Assembly (NCBI GenBank): GCA_964016885.1
Contig: OZ024742.1
Location: 217,372,001-217,436,000, forward strand
Source: Eledone cirrhosa
Lineage: Eukaryota
DNA: 64,000 nt
Direction: 5' to 3'
The notes under the pieces were generated by a model. It did not search any database, was not told where the DNA came from, and saw only the letters and a list, made by a program, of their open reading frames with translations. The first letter of the stretch is position 1. Each line of letters starts with the position of its first letter. Made by a program: the position numbers and the translations under genes. Below, piece by piece: positions 63,318-64,000 of this stretch.

Positions 63318-64000
63318 TTAAACGAGAATATTTTTGGTTTTGTTTTGTTTTTTATACATAATCAAAATGAAAAAAAAAATTACTATTTTCATCGGTATCA
63401 ATTAGAATCTCAAAACTAAATTTATGAGTGGATATAACCAAAAGTGAAAAGAGGAATTTATTTAATTAATGACACAAATATATATCCAGTTTTAAAAACA
63501 GAATATTCTCAAGAAGTTTGTTTGAACTACTACTTTCTCAAATTTCCTGCAATCTTTGCAAAAAACATTTTCCCTTATGGTTCAACTATTATATTCTTCA
63601 CTACACTTCTTTCTTTCCGTTTCATTATTTTTTTTTAATGTATCTTTCCACCTTTTTATGAAAAGAAGTTGGTAATACTTGTTCTAAAAAATACTTCAAA
63701 AATAAGCAAAGCAGACATTTGGGAAAGTTATTTCTACAAGACATTGTTTATGTTATTTTTTTTGTTTTATTTTGTTTTCTGTTTGTTTTTTGTGGATGAG
63801 GGTTTTTATTGCATTGCTACAGTCAACATCTGCAAGCTATGCCTACCTATTGTTGTTTTTGTTGTTGTTGCTGTGGTTGGGGTTGTTGTGGTTATGGTTG
63901 TTGTTAGCAGCTGCTGTGGCGACAAAAACAATCTTCTAATTGGGTCTCTCTCTTTCTTACTCTCACTCTCACCCTCTCCTAGAATTTTTCAACTAAAATT

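Overview
This is AT-rich, intron-containing animal genomic DNA, not prokaryotic. The SINE/RTE/MITE repertoire looks like octopus (inferred from repeat style, not verified). One + strand protein-coding gene can be assembled from 8 GT-AG exons whose phases all match: 25397-28452, 30216-30378, 34375-34515, 38366-38477, 39277-39408, 41031-41135, 41260-41442 and 43175-43728 (4446 nt, 1481 aa). The protein has about 1070 aa of low-complexity Ser/Asn/Cys/His-rich N-terminus, almost all from one 3.1-kb exon, followed by a papain-fold-like (C39/phytochelatin-synthase-like) domain with a putative Cys1111-His1226-Asn1242 triad. The giant exon has unusual borders: two uORFs chained to the main ATG by stop/start overlaps, an internal GTAAGT donor, and a stop-containing donor followed by AATAAA signals. 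Most other recognisable sequence is transposon debris: RTE, L1/Tx1, CR1 and Penelope-like fragments, a fossil hAT-like transposase, at least three tRNA-derived SINE families, and several MITE families, many nested or inverted. No rRNA, true tRNA gene or CRISPR array was seen.
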